A DNA stretch of 64,000 nucleotides from contig NW_003314310.1 in assembly GCF_000143415.4 (NCBI RefSeq), positions 862,611 to 926,610 on the forward strand, read 5' to 3'. The position numbers and the translations under genes were made by a program. Source of the DNA: Selaginella moellendorffii. Its lineage: Eukaryota > Plantae > Lycopodiophyta. A model generated the notes under the pieces. It made no database searches, was not told the origin of the DNA, and saw nothing but the letters and a program-made list of their open reading frames with translations. This document shows, one piece after another, positions 25,047 to 37,800 of this stretch. The first letter of the stretch is position 1. Each line of letters starts with the position of its first letter.

Positions 25047-28000
25047 TATCGCGAATGTGACTTCGGGTATCGAAAGATACTTATCGGTCAGTCCTTACGA
25101 ACACTCTTTCCTTACTACCATGACGGCAGGAGGTTGGTACAGTTGGAACCCTTTAGTAGCCCCTCTTGTACTAGTGGAGTTAACTGGGCATTTCGAGTGT
25201 ACTTAGACCGGACGAGCATAAGGACGGAATTTCTACGTGCTATTAGCTAAGCATACTTAGCCTGGTAAGGAGTTCCCGTCTCGTTTTGTGTTGCACTTGC
25301 TAGTGACAAGAACCCTCACATATTGAGACTAGTCCTTTAATATCGCTGAATGATAGTTTACCATGTTTGCCAAACACCCTCGCTATCATGCCTTTTGTGT
25401 TGATCTTATTTCAGTCCCAAATGCTATTTATGGAAAGTGTTTAGATTAGCTCATTTGGCATATCTACAGAATGTAGAGATTAGCCCGAACACAATGGTGT
25501 TCGTCCCGTGTCCAAATGCGCAATTTAGCGCCATTCCATATTTAGTAAGTTTCAAGCTTATCCCAGAGACTAACTCCTGGTACTAAGGGAGGCTTGGGGT
25601 GAAAGCTGAAAGCGTGTGTTCCTCAAGGGGGAAGGGGGGGGGGGGGCGCTATGGGGGGTTCCAAATGTATAGTAGGGATAGTGGTTGGAATGCATGTCCA
25701 ACCACATGAGACATTAGTTGGGCTTCGGCTGGGTTGTGTCGCTCCTTGTTTTGCGTCTGGCTTGGGTCTAAGCCCAAACTCCATGCTGCTCTAGTTGGTG
25801 GGGTACCCTCCTCCTTGCGTTAGGCCACCGGTATGCCAAAATTGTTCCAGACTCCGTTTAACACTATTTTGTGTGCAGGTGCTGGATACAGGGAGTTGGT
25901 GCTCGTGGGATTGTACCCGACCCTTGTTCGTAGCGCAATGGGCTTGGAGTTTGGCACCAAATTCAGGTGCGCTACATTTGGTATCAGAGGAATTGTCTCA
26001 GTGATTCCTATCCAACTTTTGTCGGATTTTCTGACTCAAGTTGTATACACAGAGACTTTTTTAGTAGATCCAAAGCGACCTGTGTAGGATTAGTTGGATT
26101 GCATCATTCGGTAAGAACGTTGTAAGCATGTTCAGTTACTGATAGAGACATGCATGCAACTAGCGGGATGGTGAAAAGGAACCGTGCTGATGATGTTGAA
26201 ACCTCTAGACGGGCAAATCGAGAGAAGGAAACTCTTGCTAGAGATGCTGCGGAAGAGGCTAAGGCTGAGTTAAAAGAGGAAGAGCCAGATGTTGTAGCGT
26301 TATAGCATACGGCTCAGGAAGTTGAGATCAAGAATTTGCGAAGGGAGATTCGCAAATTGAAGAAGGAGAACAAGAAGAGGAAGAAAGAAGTTGAAGTAGC
26401 TAAATTAGCTAAGCCTAAGCAACTAGACTTCTCTTCAAGTTTTGAGGACGATGAAGTTCTACAGTCACCCCTGGTTGCACGAGTTTCAAAATTCAAGCCC
26501 CCGAAACCACCCAATTTCAGAGGCATGCGGGACTATCAGGTTTTGGAGGACTGGGTCTACAATATGGAAAATTATTTCATAGTGGCAGATGTAGATGATC
26601 GTACGAAAGTTGTGTATGCGCAATCCTTTCTCATCGATCATGCCAAAACTTGGTGGTGCCAAGTGTGTGTTGAAAAAGGGCAGACTAGAAGTTGGACCAA
26701 GATGCGGTCTCGCATCCATAAGGAATACTTGCTGGATGATCTTGGTCTGAAACTTCACACAGAGCTGTGGTGGTTAAAGCAGCGAGGGGATCTCATGCAT
26801 TACATTAATGCGTTTGCTCAGAAGCGCATTATGATTGCAAATATGAGTGATGAAGATGCACGGAGTTATTTTCTTGAGGGCTTAAGTTCACTTTCTCGCA
26901 ATGAGATTTTGAAGTTTAAGTCGAAGGCGTACCTGGAGTGTAAGGAGGCAGTGCAGCAAGTTGCCTTTAGTCACTCGCTTATAGAACAATATCAGCAACC
27001 ATATGCTAGTAACTTGGATAAGAATAGGAATTTTGGGAATAAACAAGGTGATCGAAAACAGAGGGTGGAAGGCAAGTTCCACCCTAGAGGCTCACAAGAA
27101 ACAGTTAACAAAGGTGGTGGTGGTTGGAGACCACCAGCAACTTCTTCTGGTCTTAGGCCCTCTGTTCCTCCTCCTGGTGGGTACAAGTAGCAGCAACCTG
27201 TGAAACCTACCCCTAGTGGAATAGGTAGTGTGGGTCATTGCTTCCATTGTGGAGAGTTAGGACATAGGTCCTCAGAATGTCCCAACAAGCATAAGACAAT
27301 GTCTCGGGTTAATGTCATGAGGGAAGACGGTGGTGGCAAAGCTGAAGGGGTTGACGAGTTGGTCAATGTAGACTATCAGGAAGAGGAGGTGAGTTACTTT
27401 CGTTACTTTCCTCAAGCTTTTCTTGTAGTCAATGCAAATATTGATCCGTTGATGTATCTGGTAGACTTTGTCCGCGGACACCAAATCCAAGTGATGGTTG
27501 ACACGGGAGCTACGCACAACATGGTATCCGAAGACTTAGTTAAGTTGTTAGGATTGAATATTGAGCAAATGTCACCTATGCACTTCCAGTTTGCAGAAGG
27601 TGGGCAAGTAGCCAGAAAATTTTGTGAGTGATGTTCCAATAAAAATATCGAAGTGGAAAGAAAGAGTGGACTTGGTAGTGTTGAAAATACTAGATTTTCA
27701 GATGGTGTTTAGCATGGACTTTTTCAACAAATATATAAAAGGGATTTTTGGTGCTGGACAAAGTTGTATCATGTTGAAGTCCGAAGGACGTCCCAATGTG
27801 TCCTTCCAGTTGCAAAAGCGTTCCTCAAAGGATTGGGATGCAAAATTCCTGACTGCGAGGGCCACTCAAAAAGCAACTAAGAAGGGATGTTGGACCTTTT
27901 GGGTTCAAGTGATGGAAGTTAAGAGTGTTGGTGACTTAGTTCAAATGGTGATGGGGTTGATCCTATACCAAAGAAGATATTGGAGTTGTTGGCGAGGAAT

Positions 28001-31000
28001 CAGGATATCTTCCCAAAGGATTTGCCACTAGGGCTACCTCCTAGGTGTGATGTTAATCATTGGATTGAGGTTATTCTGGGTTCTAAACCACCTACAAAAG
28101 CTCCATATCGGTTGAACATCAAAGAGATGGCTGAACTCAAGAAGCAACTCATGGAGCTTCTTGACAAAGGTCATATCCGACCAAACAAGTCACTTTATAG
28201 AGCGTCGATCTTTTTTGTTATGAAAAAGGATGGAACTATAAGGATGTGTATTGACTATCAAGCACTTAACAAAATCACGGTCAAGAACAGTTATCCTTTG
28301 CCTCTCATTGATGACTTGTTTGACCAACTCTTAAAAGCTAAGTATTTCATGCAACTTGATTTGTGGTTCGGGTATCATCAGATATGGGTGGCGGATCAGG
28401 ATGTGGAGAAGATAGCCTTTAAGACTCAATACGGATCTTATGAGTTCTTTGTCATGCCGTTCAGGTTATGCAATGCTCTGGCAACATTCAGCACTATGAT
28501 GGATAGAATATTCAGAGATTATTTGGACACATTTGTTGTCCTATACATCGACGATGTTCTAGTCTTCAGTAAAACATTGGAGGATCATTTGAAACACTTG
28601 TTTTAAAAATTGCACGAACACAAATTGTATGCTAAGGAAAGTAAATATGCTTTTGAACAATTGTGCGTAAAATTTCTGGGACATATAGTTGGTGGTGGCG
28701 TAATTGAGGTTGATCCAAAGAAGGTGGAAGCAGTGAAGTTCTGGGATGTCCCGACCACTGTGTCAGATGTTCATTCCTTTCTTGGTTTAGCGGGATACTA
28801 TCACAAGTTTGTCCGCAATTTTGCAAGAATTGCTCTTTCGTTGACTGAGTTGACAAAGAGTAATATACCATTTCATTGGACACCAGCTTGTCAGCGTGCT
28901 TTTGTATGGTTGAAAGAGATCTTGACTACGGTTCCTGTTTTCAGGATCCCAGATCTTGAAAAACCCTTCGAAGTGCATTGTGATGCATCTAGTTATGCTA
29001 TTGGTGCCGTGTTGCAGTAAGATTGTGACAAAGTGGTGGGTGTTACACTAAGGCGACATGGTTGTCCCGTTGCGTTCTATTCCAAGAAATTGGATGAAAC
29101 TTAACGAAGATGGCCAACGCATGAGAAAGAGATGTTTGCTATAGTGTCGGTCCTGGAACACTAGAGACACTACTTGGGTGGACACACCAAGGTTTATACA
29201 GATAGAAACACACTGAGCTACTCTGCTATGCAACTTAAGTTTATGCTGAAGCAAACTCGTTGGCAAGAGAAACTTGCTAGATATGATATTGAAATCATAT
29301 ATAAACCTAGTAAAGATAATATTGTTCCCGATGCATTGAGTCATCATGCTCAGTTCCGGGCAATATCAGCAATCAGTTCGGACTGGTTGGAGGACGTTCA
29401 GGCTTCATATGGAAGTGATCCATTGGCAAAGGCAATCTTACACCGTGCAGAGTTGTCAAAGCAAAACTCTAGTAGCGAAGCAAAACTCTGGTAGCGAAGC
29501 AGCAAAAGTTGCTAACCGCACTAATGCAAAGCTTCACTTCTCAGTTCGGGATGGGCTTATATTCTATAAGCAAAAAAGATTGTATCTTCCCTCTAAGGAT
29601 CTACAATAGTTGTTTCTGCGGGAACATCATGATGTTCTAGCAGCGGGACATGGTGGACAACAAAAGACTCTGGCTTTGTTGAAAAAGGGATTTTTCTGGT
29701 TTGGTATAGAAGGTGATGTAGCTGATTATCCGTTCCTGCCTTATATGCCAGCAATATAAGCGTAGAACTAAGAAGCAAGCTGGAAAGTTGCAGTGCATTC
29801 CAGCACCGGCATGGCCATTTCAAAGTGTGACACTTGATTTCGTCACTTGTTTGCCAAAGTCAAAGGGTTATGATACTTTAATAGGGTTATGATACTTTAA
29901 TGATGGTTGTGGATCGGTTGTCAAAGATTGCACACTTCATTCCAACTATGGGAACAGTAAATGCGAAACGAGCAGCAAAGCTCTTTTTCCATGAAGTAGT
30001 GCGGGTTCATGGTCTTCCTGAAGAGATGATCTCAAATAGAGATTCAAGGTTTACGGGAAACTTTTGGGGCACACTATTCTAGCTATTTGGTACCAAGTTG
30101 AAGTTTAGTACAGCTTATCATCCTCAAACTGATGGGCAGACTGAACGCGTGAATGCTCAAGTTGAGGATTATCTGTGGTACTATGTCGCAGCAGACCAAT
30201 GCGACTGGGTTGAGCATTTGGATACAGCAGAAATCTGTTATAACAACACATTTCACAGCGCTATAGGCTGTTTTCCATGGGAGATGCTACAAGGGAATGC
30301 TTGTGGAGTTCCTACACAGATTATTGTACCTAAACCAATGTCCGAAGTGTTGGTCCCGGCCATTGAAACTTATGCAGAGCAGCTATGTCACGGTTGGTCT
30401 AGAGCAATTGAGGCAATGGGCAAAGCTCAGGATAGGTATCGACGTGATAAGGATTTGCATTGTCAGGATGTCTCCTATCAAGTGGGAGATTAGGTGTTGT
30501 TATTTTCCCGGAACTTGAACATTAAGGGATCTTTGTCTCAAAAGCTGCTACCAAGATATGTTGGACCCTATCAAGTGTTGAAACAAATTGATGATGTATC
30601 CTATTAGTTGGATCTTCTTGCAAAGATGTCCCATATTCATAATATATTTCATGCCAATCTCTTGGCTCCTTACACTATGGATGTTGCTCGACACGGGATG
30701 ATTCGTTTGCCACCAGATGTTGTGGATGGTGAACTAGAATATGAAGTTGAAGCTATCTTGGATGCTCAGTCTTGAAGACATGCTCGTGCGAAAGAATATC
30801 TAGTTAAGTGGAAAGGTTATCCATCTTGTGAATCAACTTGGGAACCTCTTAGGAATCTTACACATGCTCATGAGCTTGTCACGGAGTATGAGAATCGTAA
30901 TAAAGATTAGCTTTTGTAAACCTTGTAATAACTCTTGCAAAATAATAAAGTAATATATTTCTATCAATCAAAGTGTTGTTTCTCTCGTTCGTTAGTCCTT

Positions 31001-31720
31001 GGGTCAGTTTTGGCAGGCTGACTTCAGCACTTCGGTGCATGGGTTCAATCCATAACCATGGGGATAACTATTATAAACTGATCACAAGTCCTTACCTCTC
31101 TCTCGATGCCTAACTTTTGAAAAGGGGCGTGGTTGTGTAAACAACTTAATCTATTAGTTTATAATAGTTGTCTAAATCTTCCCGATGGGGTTGATTTCTT
31201 GCTTAGGGGCAGTTGGGCCTCTGGCCTTCTCCCTATGTCCCTACGGGCAGGGATGTATCACTCCTTTGTAAGCCAAGTGGTATGCGGAGCAGCAAGGGTG
31301 GCTAATTCTGTTAGTCATTTCCTTGTCGGTGACGGCCAGAAGGTGTCTGAGTCTTAACGTCCTTGGACGTAAAGGAGAAGTTGTTCCATAACTCATTTAA
31401 GTTAGTGTGTTTCCTATATAGTGTGCTTTCCGTTAACTTTCGGAGTTGTTTCCTTGACGGTTTGATAGACTCAGGTATACATCGACGAAGATGTCGATCT
31501 TCCCCAAGGGGAGGAGAGTTGCAAATGTGACTTCGGGTATCGAAAAATACTTGTCGGTTAGTCCTTACGGACACTCTTTCCTTACTGCCATGACGGCAGG
31601 AGGTCAGTATAGTTCGAACCGTTTAGTAGCCCCTCTTGTGCTAGTGGAGTTAACTGGGCATTTCGAGTGTACTTAGATCGGACGAGCATAAGGACAGAAT
31701 TCCCACGTGCTATAGCTAAG
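25047..31720 (+). mobile_element. Ty3/gypsy chromovirus LTR retrotransposon (LTR family A), full structure but inactivated; 3' LTR runs into the gap
   Basis: 5' LTR 25047-25976 ending GCGCTACA; PBS TGGTATCAGAG 25979-25989; gag-pol; PPT AAGGGGAGGAGAG at about 31506-31518; 3' LTR from about 31517. Confidence 0.93.
26168..30910 (+). pseudogene. gag-pol polyprotein (gag, CCHC knuckle, protease, RT, RNase H, integrase, chromodomain) with many stops and frameshifts
   Basis: CFHCGELGHRSSEC; MVDTGATHN; RMCIDYQALN, YIDD; CDASSYAIG; [13 protein letters not shown]; YVGPY; EYEVEAILD...EYLVKWKGYPSCESTWEP. Confidence 0.93.
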
Positions 31721-31820
31721 NNNNNNNNNNNNNNNNNNNNNNNNNNNNNNNNNNNNNNNNNNNNNNNNNNNNNNNNNNNNNNNNNNNNNNNNNNNNNNNN
31801 NNNNNNNNNNNNNNNNNNNN
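31721..31820. other. Assembly gap (100 N)
   Basis: N run between two oppositely oriented family A LTRs. Confidence 1.
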
Positions 31821-34800
31821 AGTTCAGGACAAGTCTCTAAATTCGTGATGATATATGGCTAGCTGGTTTACTACTAGACACTTTCCATAAATAGCATTTG
31901 GGACCGAAATGAGACTAACACAAAGGGCATGATAGCGAGGGTGTTTGGCAGACACGGTAAGCTATCATGTAGCGATATTGAGGGACTAATCTCAATACGC
32001 GAGGGTTCTTGTCAAGCCAGTGCAAGACAGAGTAAAAGAGAACTAACAAGCTGGGCCAAGTATGCTCAGCTAAATAGACACTTAGGAATTCCTTCCTTAT
32101 GCTCATCCGGCCAAGTACAGATGCAAAGTCCAGTTTACTAACACTTGAACAAGAGGGGCTAATAAAGGGAACCAGCAGTACCGACCTCCTGCCATCGTGG
32201 CAGTAAGGTAAGAGTGTCCGTAAGGACTGGTCCACAGGTAACTTTCGATACCCGAAGTCACATGCGCGACACTCTCCCCCCCTAGGGAAGATCGACGTCC
32301 TCGTCGATGCATACTCGAGTCTATAATACCGCCAAGGAAACAATTCCAGAAAAAGTTCACAGTACTCACACTATGTGAGAAATGCACCAACTTAAATGAA
32401 TTAGGGGTAACCTCTTTGTCTAACGCGGATGCGCTACCAGCTCAGACACCTTCCGGCCGTCGCCGACAAGGAAATGACCAACGGAGTCAGCCACCCTTGC
32501 TGCTCTGGAAGTCACCCAGCTTACAAAAGTGTGATACACCCTTGCCCGCAAGGACATAGAGAGAGAAGCCAGAGACCCTCCTGAGCGAAGAAACCAAACC
32601 CGTCGGTAAGGTTTAGATAGACTACTGTAAACAGGCAGTTAGAGTTGTTTACACGGTCATGCCCTTTTAACAAAATAAGGAACATTGACAAAGAGGCGGG
32701 TTATGTGACCAGTCGACAGTAGCTACCCCATGACTAGAGATTTCAACATGCACACGAAGTGCCGAAGCCAATCTGCCTATACTGGCCCAAACTCAAAGAT
32801 CAATAGATGGACAATATCAAAGTAAGAGACAATGATATCTTAGAAGCTTAATTATCAATGATTATATCTTAGAGTAGAACACAAAAGTATTCTAAGCAAG
32901 TTATCATCAGATAAACCAGTAGTATAGGATAGGAACCACCAAGATCATCAGTTGTGGTAAACATAGGATTCGCCATCCAACAAAATTCAATAGTCAGTAT
33001 ATCATCAAGTAAACTCAATGATAAAATTTAACTATTAAAGATTGTAGACAGAATGCTAAACAACTTACGAAAGATAACTCAAAGAACACAAAGTATCATT
33101 GACTGGCAAGCAAAATGCTCGCGAATGTATCACCTAAAGGAAATTACATCCCAATCTATCAGAACTAACTCGAGCAACAATCAACAAAACAGAATGAATG
33201 TGGAAAGACCAACAAACACTCGTTTATGCCAACTATCACACTAGCTAATCCGAATAGATCCCAGCTAACAACACTAAGGAACTCAAGTTGCCTAAGTAAG
33301 TGTCAGCAACATCCTATCGATGTCTCAAACCCAAGAGACCAATCCAGAGCAAACCACAAAGAACATGTGATATTGCGAAAAGCCAGAAGCCATCAAAGAG
33401 AATAACTAACTATCATAAAAGATCATCAATCATCCTAACAATAGAGAAATGCATAATCATCATTGAAGAAAGAATTTACCATCCTGAAGAACAGCAAATC
33501 ATTCTATATCAACAATAATCAAGCAAAACCCTTGACAAGGATAATCAACTATCTTAGATGATAGTCAATCATCAGCAATGATTGCTAGATGCAAATACTA
33601 ACTTCAATCTGGAAGCTAGAAGCCAAAATGCCTTCCCCAACAACTTCGAACAAATGGAACATCGAGCATAAAACTCAAAGAACCAAAAGCTTGAAGAAGT
33701 CTATAGCTAAGTCTTGCCTAACAATGATCACAAGTTTTGCATAAACTAACTTCAATGCTAAAGAAGAAATCATGGTACAACTCACAATATCCTCCTCAAC
33801 ACATCCATAAGCTAAACTTCATAATACAAAGCTAATGAAGAGCATGTCTGCATCAATCCAAAAGCTAAGCATAACGAAGCTATGCTCAACAAGTGATCAC
33901 CAAACGATCCTCCATGAATTCATCTATAGCAAGACGTAACTCACTTCATAACAAGCACAAGAAGAATCATCAATGATTGATATATTTCAACTCAAATCCA
34001 ATTAAGGATTCAAACACTTCAATATCGATCACTAACTCTTCCTCTCGTAAAGTTAGCATAGTCCATGACTGAAATCACTTTTCAAGGAAAAGTCAAAGCT
34101 CAACCTTTACTAAACAATTTTGTTTAAAACACAACTAACTCAAACTTGCCACTCAGCTCGTTTGAATGGTAACATAGTTGCTAACTAGAAAATACACCAA
34201 TGCCAATAACACAAGCCATAGCCATAGCCATATCAACAATGTCAACGACAAGGCATCACTTCAATGCCATCAACACTAGAACAAAGCTAGAAGAAAGCAC
34301 GAGTGTATCACCACTCAAAACTCTCTAGCAACCAAGCTAACCAAGGTCGAAGATACTATAGTTAGTATCCGAGACCAATCCTTTAGCAAAACTCAGTTAT
34401 AGATAACTCTTCCTTAAGGAGTGAAACACCACGTCCAAGACTCAATGAAATCCAACACTATGAACTAAACGCAACCAAATGATATCAACAGAGGTAGAGT
34501 CGACATGCCAACATGGAAAACCCATGTAAGTCTAACGACATGATCCTCCGCAACCCGATCCGGTAAAGCAAGCCCATCACTGCTAAATCTTCATCAAGTG
34601 AAGCAAGTGTCAAACAGTCCTCGACAAAGTCTACAAGCAATCATTAGTTGCAAAGCAACTAACCATCACCCTTCAACTTGCCTTCACAAGACCTAAACAC
34701 TAACTCATGCCATTGAGTTACACTTGTCCAACATGAATATAATACCCCAAGTAAGAGATAAAGGTTCATAGACAAGCACAAACTAAATGACCACTCAAAT

Positions 34801-37800
34801 CCAACTCAACTGTAATAAGCTCACTAAATCATCATCATCTATACCCATACCCAAGGAACGATTGTGAAGCCTTTTCCACCAAACGTGTACCCACTCGGAT
34901 CATCGTTTTCATCTCTGCGTATGCAACGAGACTAGTTGCCCAATCTCATTGGATAGTACTCGCCGAGACTCATCCTCTGATACCAAATGTAGCGACTTGA
35001 ACCTACATAGAAATATATAAAGAAAACTCAAAGAACACAAAGTATCATCGACTGGCAAGCAAAATGCTCGTGAATGTATCACCTAAAGGAAATAACATCC
35101 CAATCTATCAGAACTAACTCGAGCAACAATCAACAAAACAGAATGAAAGTGGCAAGACCAACAAACACTCGTTTATGCCAACTATCACGCTAGCTAATCC
35201 GAATAGATCCCAGCTAACAACACCAAGGAACTCAAGTTGCCTAAGTAAGTGTCAGCAACATCCTATCGATGTCTCAAACCCAAGAGACCAATCCAGAGCA
35301 AACCACAAAGAACATGTGGTATTGCGAAAAGTCAAAAGCTATCAAAGAAAATAACTAACTATCACGAAAGATCATCAATTATCCCATCAATAAAGAGATG
35401 CATAATCATCGTCTAAGAAAGAATCTACTACCCCGAAGAATAGCGAATCATTCTATATCAACAACAATCAAACAAAACTTTTGGATAAGGATAATTAACT
35501 ATCCTAGATAATAGTCAATCGTCACCAATGATTGCCAGATGCAAATACTAACTTCAATAGCGAAGCTAATGAGCTAAAATGCCTTCCCCAACAACTTCTA
35601 ACCACAAGCATGAAAGTTCAAGGAACCAAAAGCTCGAAGAAGCTTATAGCCAAGTCTTGCATAATAATGATCACAAGTCTTGCATGAACTAATGTTAATG
35701 CTAAAAAGAAATCATGGTACAACCCACAATATCCTCTTCAACACTTCCATAAGCTAAACTTCATAATGCCAAAGCTAATGAAGAGCAGATTTGCATCAAT
35801 CCAAAAGCCAAGCATAATGAAACTATGCTCAACAAGTGACCATCAAATGATCCTCCATGAATCCATCTATAACAAGACGTAACTCACTTTATAACAAGCA
35901 CAAGAAGAATCATCAATGATCGATATATTTCAACTAAAATTCCATAAGGATTCAAATATTCCAATATCAATCACTAACTCTTCCACTTGTAGAGTTAGCA
36001 TAGTCCATGACTAAACCACTTTTCAAGGAAAAGCTCAAAGCTTAACCCCTACTAAATAATCTCGTTTAGAATATAACTAACTCAAACTTGCCACTTAGTT
36101 CATTTGAACGTCAATACAGTTGCTAACTAGCAAATGCACGAATGCTAATAACACAAAGCTATAGCCAAATCATCAATACTATTTTCATTAAGACTAATGA
36201 AACTCGACATCAATCTTGCGGAGAGACATCTCATTTCACTGAAATCTCAACATCAACAATGTCAACGACAAGGCATCACTTTAGTGCCACCAACACTAGA
36301 ACAAAGCTAGAAGAAAGCACGAGTGTATCACCACTTGAAGCTCTCTAGCAACCAAGCTAACCAAGGTCTAAGATACTTTAGTTAGTATCCGAGACCAATC
36401 CTTTAGCAAAACTCAGCTACAGATAACACATTATCAAGGAGTGAATCACCACATCCAAGACTCAATGAAATCCAACACTATGAACTAAATGTAACCAAAT
36501 AATATCAACAGAGGTAGAGTCGAAATACCAACATGGAAAACCCATGCGAGTCTAACGACACGATCCTCCGCAACACCATCCAGTAAAGCAAGCCCATCAC
36601 CGCTAAATCATTATCGAGTGAAGCAAGTGTCAAAAGCCCTTGACAAAGTCTACAAGCAATCACTAGTTGCAAAGCAACTAACAATCACCCCTCAACTTGC
36701 CTTCACAAGACCTAAACACTAAACTCGCGCCATCGAATTATATACTTGTCCAACATGAACGTAATATCCCAGATATGAGATAAAGGTTCATGGACAAACA
36801 CGAACTAAATGACCACTCGAACCCAACTCAACTACGATAAGCTCACCAATGCATTTAGCCACTAGCTCTGAGCATGCCCTTAAGAGGCTAGCTATGTATG
36901 ATCAACACTCAGTTGAAACTAAAGTGAAGACCATAAGATGGATCCATATCGGTACACAACTTCCTTATAGACAAAGCTATAGTACGGGTACTAACATCTC
37001 AAACTCAAACAACTAAGTTGAACATCACCATCCTTAGCCAAGGCGCAGGGCCACCAAAACCAAGTCAAGATCAATGAGAGCTCACTACTCTCATAGAGTT
37101 TAATGAAATGCAAAGTGCAACCTGCCACCAAGCATAACGCTACAAAAGAAAGGCACAAGGGTCACCTTTCTGGAAAAGTGCAACAGCCACTTTTCTACAC
37201 CAACTCCAAACTCTATCCAACTCAATTGCTTTAGCCCCAAAAATCAGCATCCCTTTCAGGCTGCATCATACAAACTACCTACTAAGGTTTAAGCTAACCT
37301 AAGTCAACTCCAACCCTTTCACTAGTTTGTACTAGCTTATGAAAACAGAAAGGTTTTCGGACAAAGTGATCAACAGGTTAGCCATTGGAAAAGCCTAAGA
37401 AAATTTGTGGAAAATTTTCCATCCTAGAGAAAGAATGACTCTCAGTCCAGGAATACAAACTTTCAAGACTCAACCAACTTCCTTCTACTTACAACTTCAC
37501 ATAGGTTCACCTCAACACCAATTCTCAAGATCCATAGTATGCTTAAGCCTCAAACATCTTTCTGCCCATACTTCCGACATCCAACAAAATGCAAAGTGAT
37601 CATCCAAAGCTTGATCACGGAGACCATATCTTCGGATATTCATATTGCACTAACACTCTTCTTCAACCACATTCAAGATCCAATGTGAAGACAAAACACT
37701 AACAAGAAAAATGACATGGAAAATCAAGCTCTAAGGAAAATCCCTCATCGCTCGAAATAATAATGCCATTCCCACTAACACAAGTGTTAGTGATATCAAT

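Noticed and set aside
25585-25660. GGGGTGAAAGC...GTTC..GGGGG resembling group II intron domain V
   Set aside because: No AGC/CGC catalytic triad in a proper domain V stem and no domain VI; it is better explained as the shared LTR core module.
27188-27196. Programmed stop-codon readthrough between gag and pol (TAG CAG CAA)
   Set aside because: The context is not CARYYA, the stop lies before the zinc knuckle, and the element has many other C>T-derived stops.
29864-29901. 19-bp tandem duplication in the integrase region
   Set aside because: A simple inactivating slippage mutation.
25047-31720. Hammerhead ribozyme (retrozyme) or Cassandra-type 5S rRNA in the LTRs
   Set aside because: By eye I found no CUGANGA...GAAA core with flanking helices and no 5S-like sequence. 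A covariance search would be needed to exclude variants.
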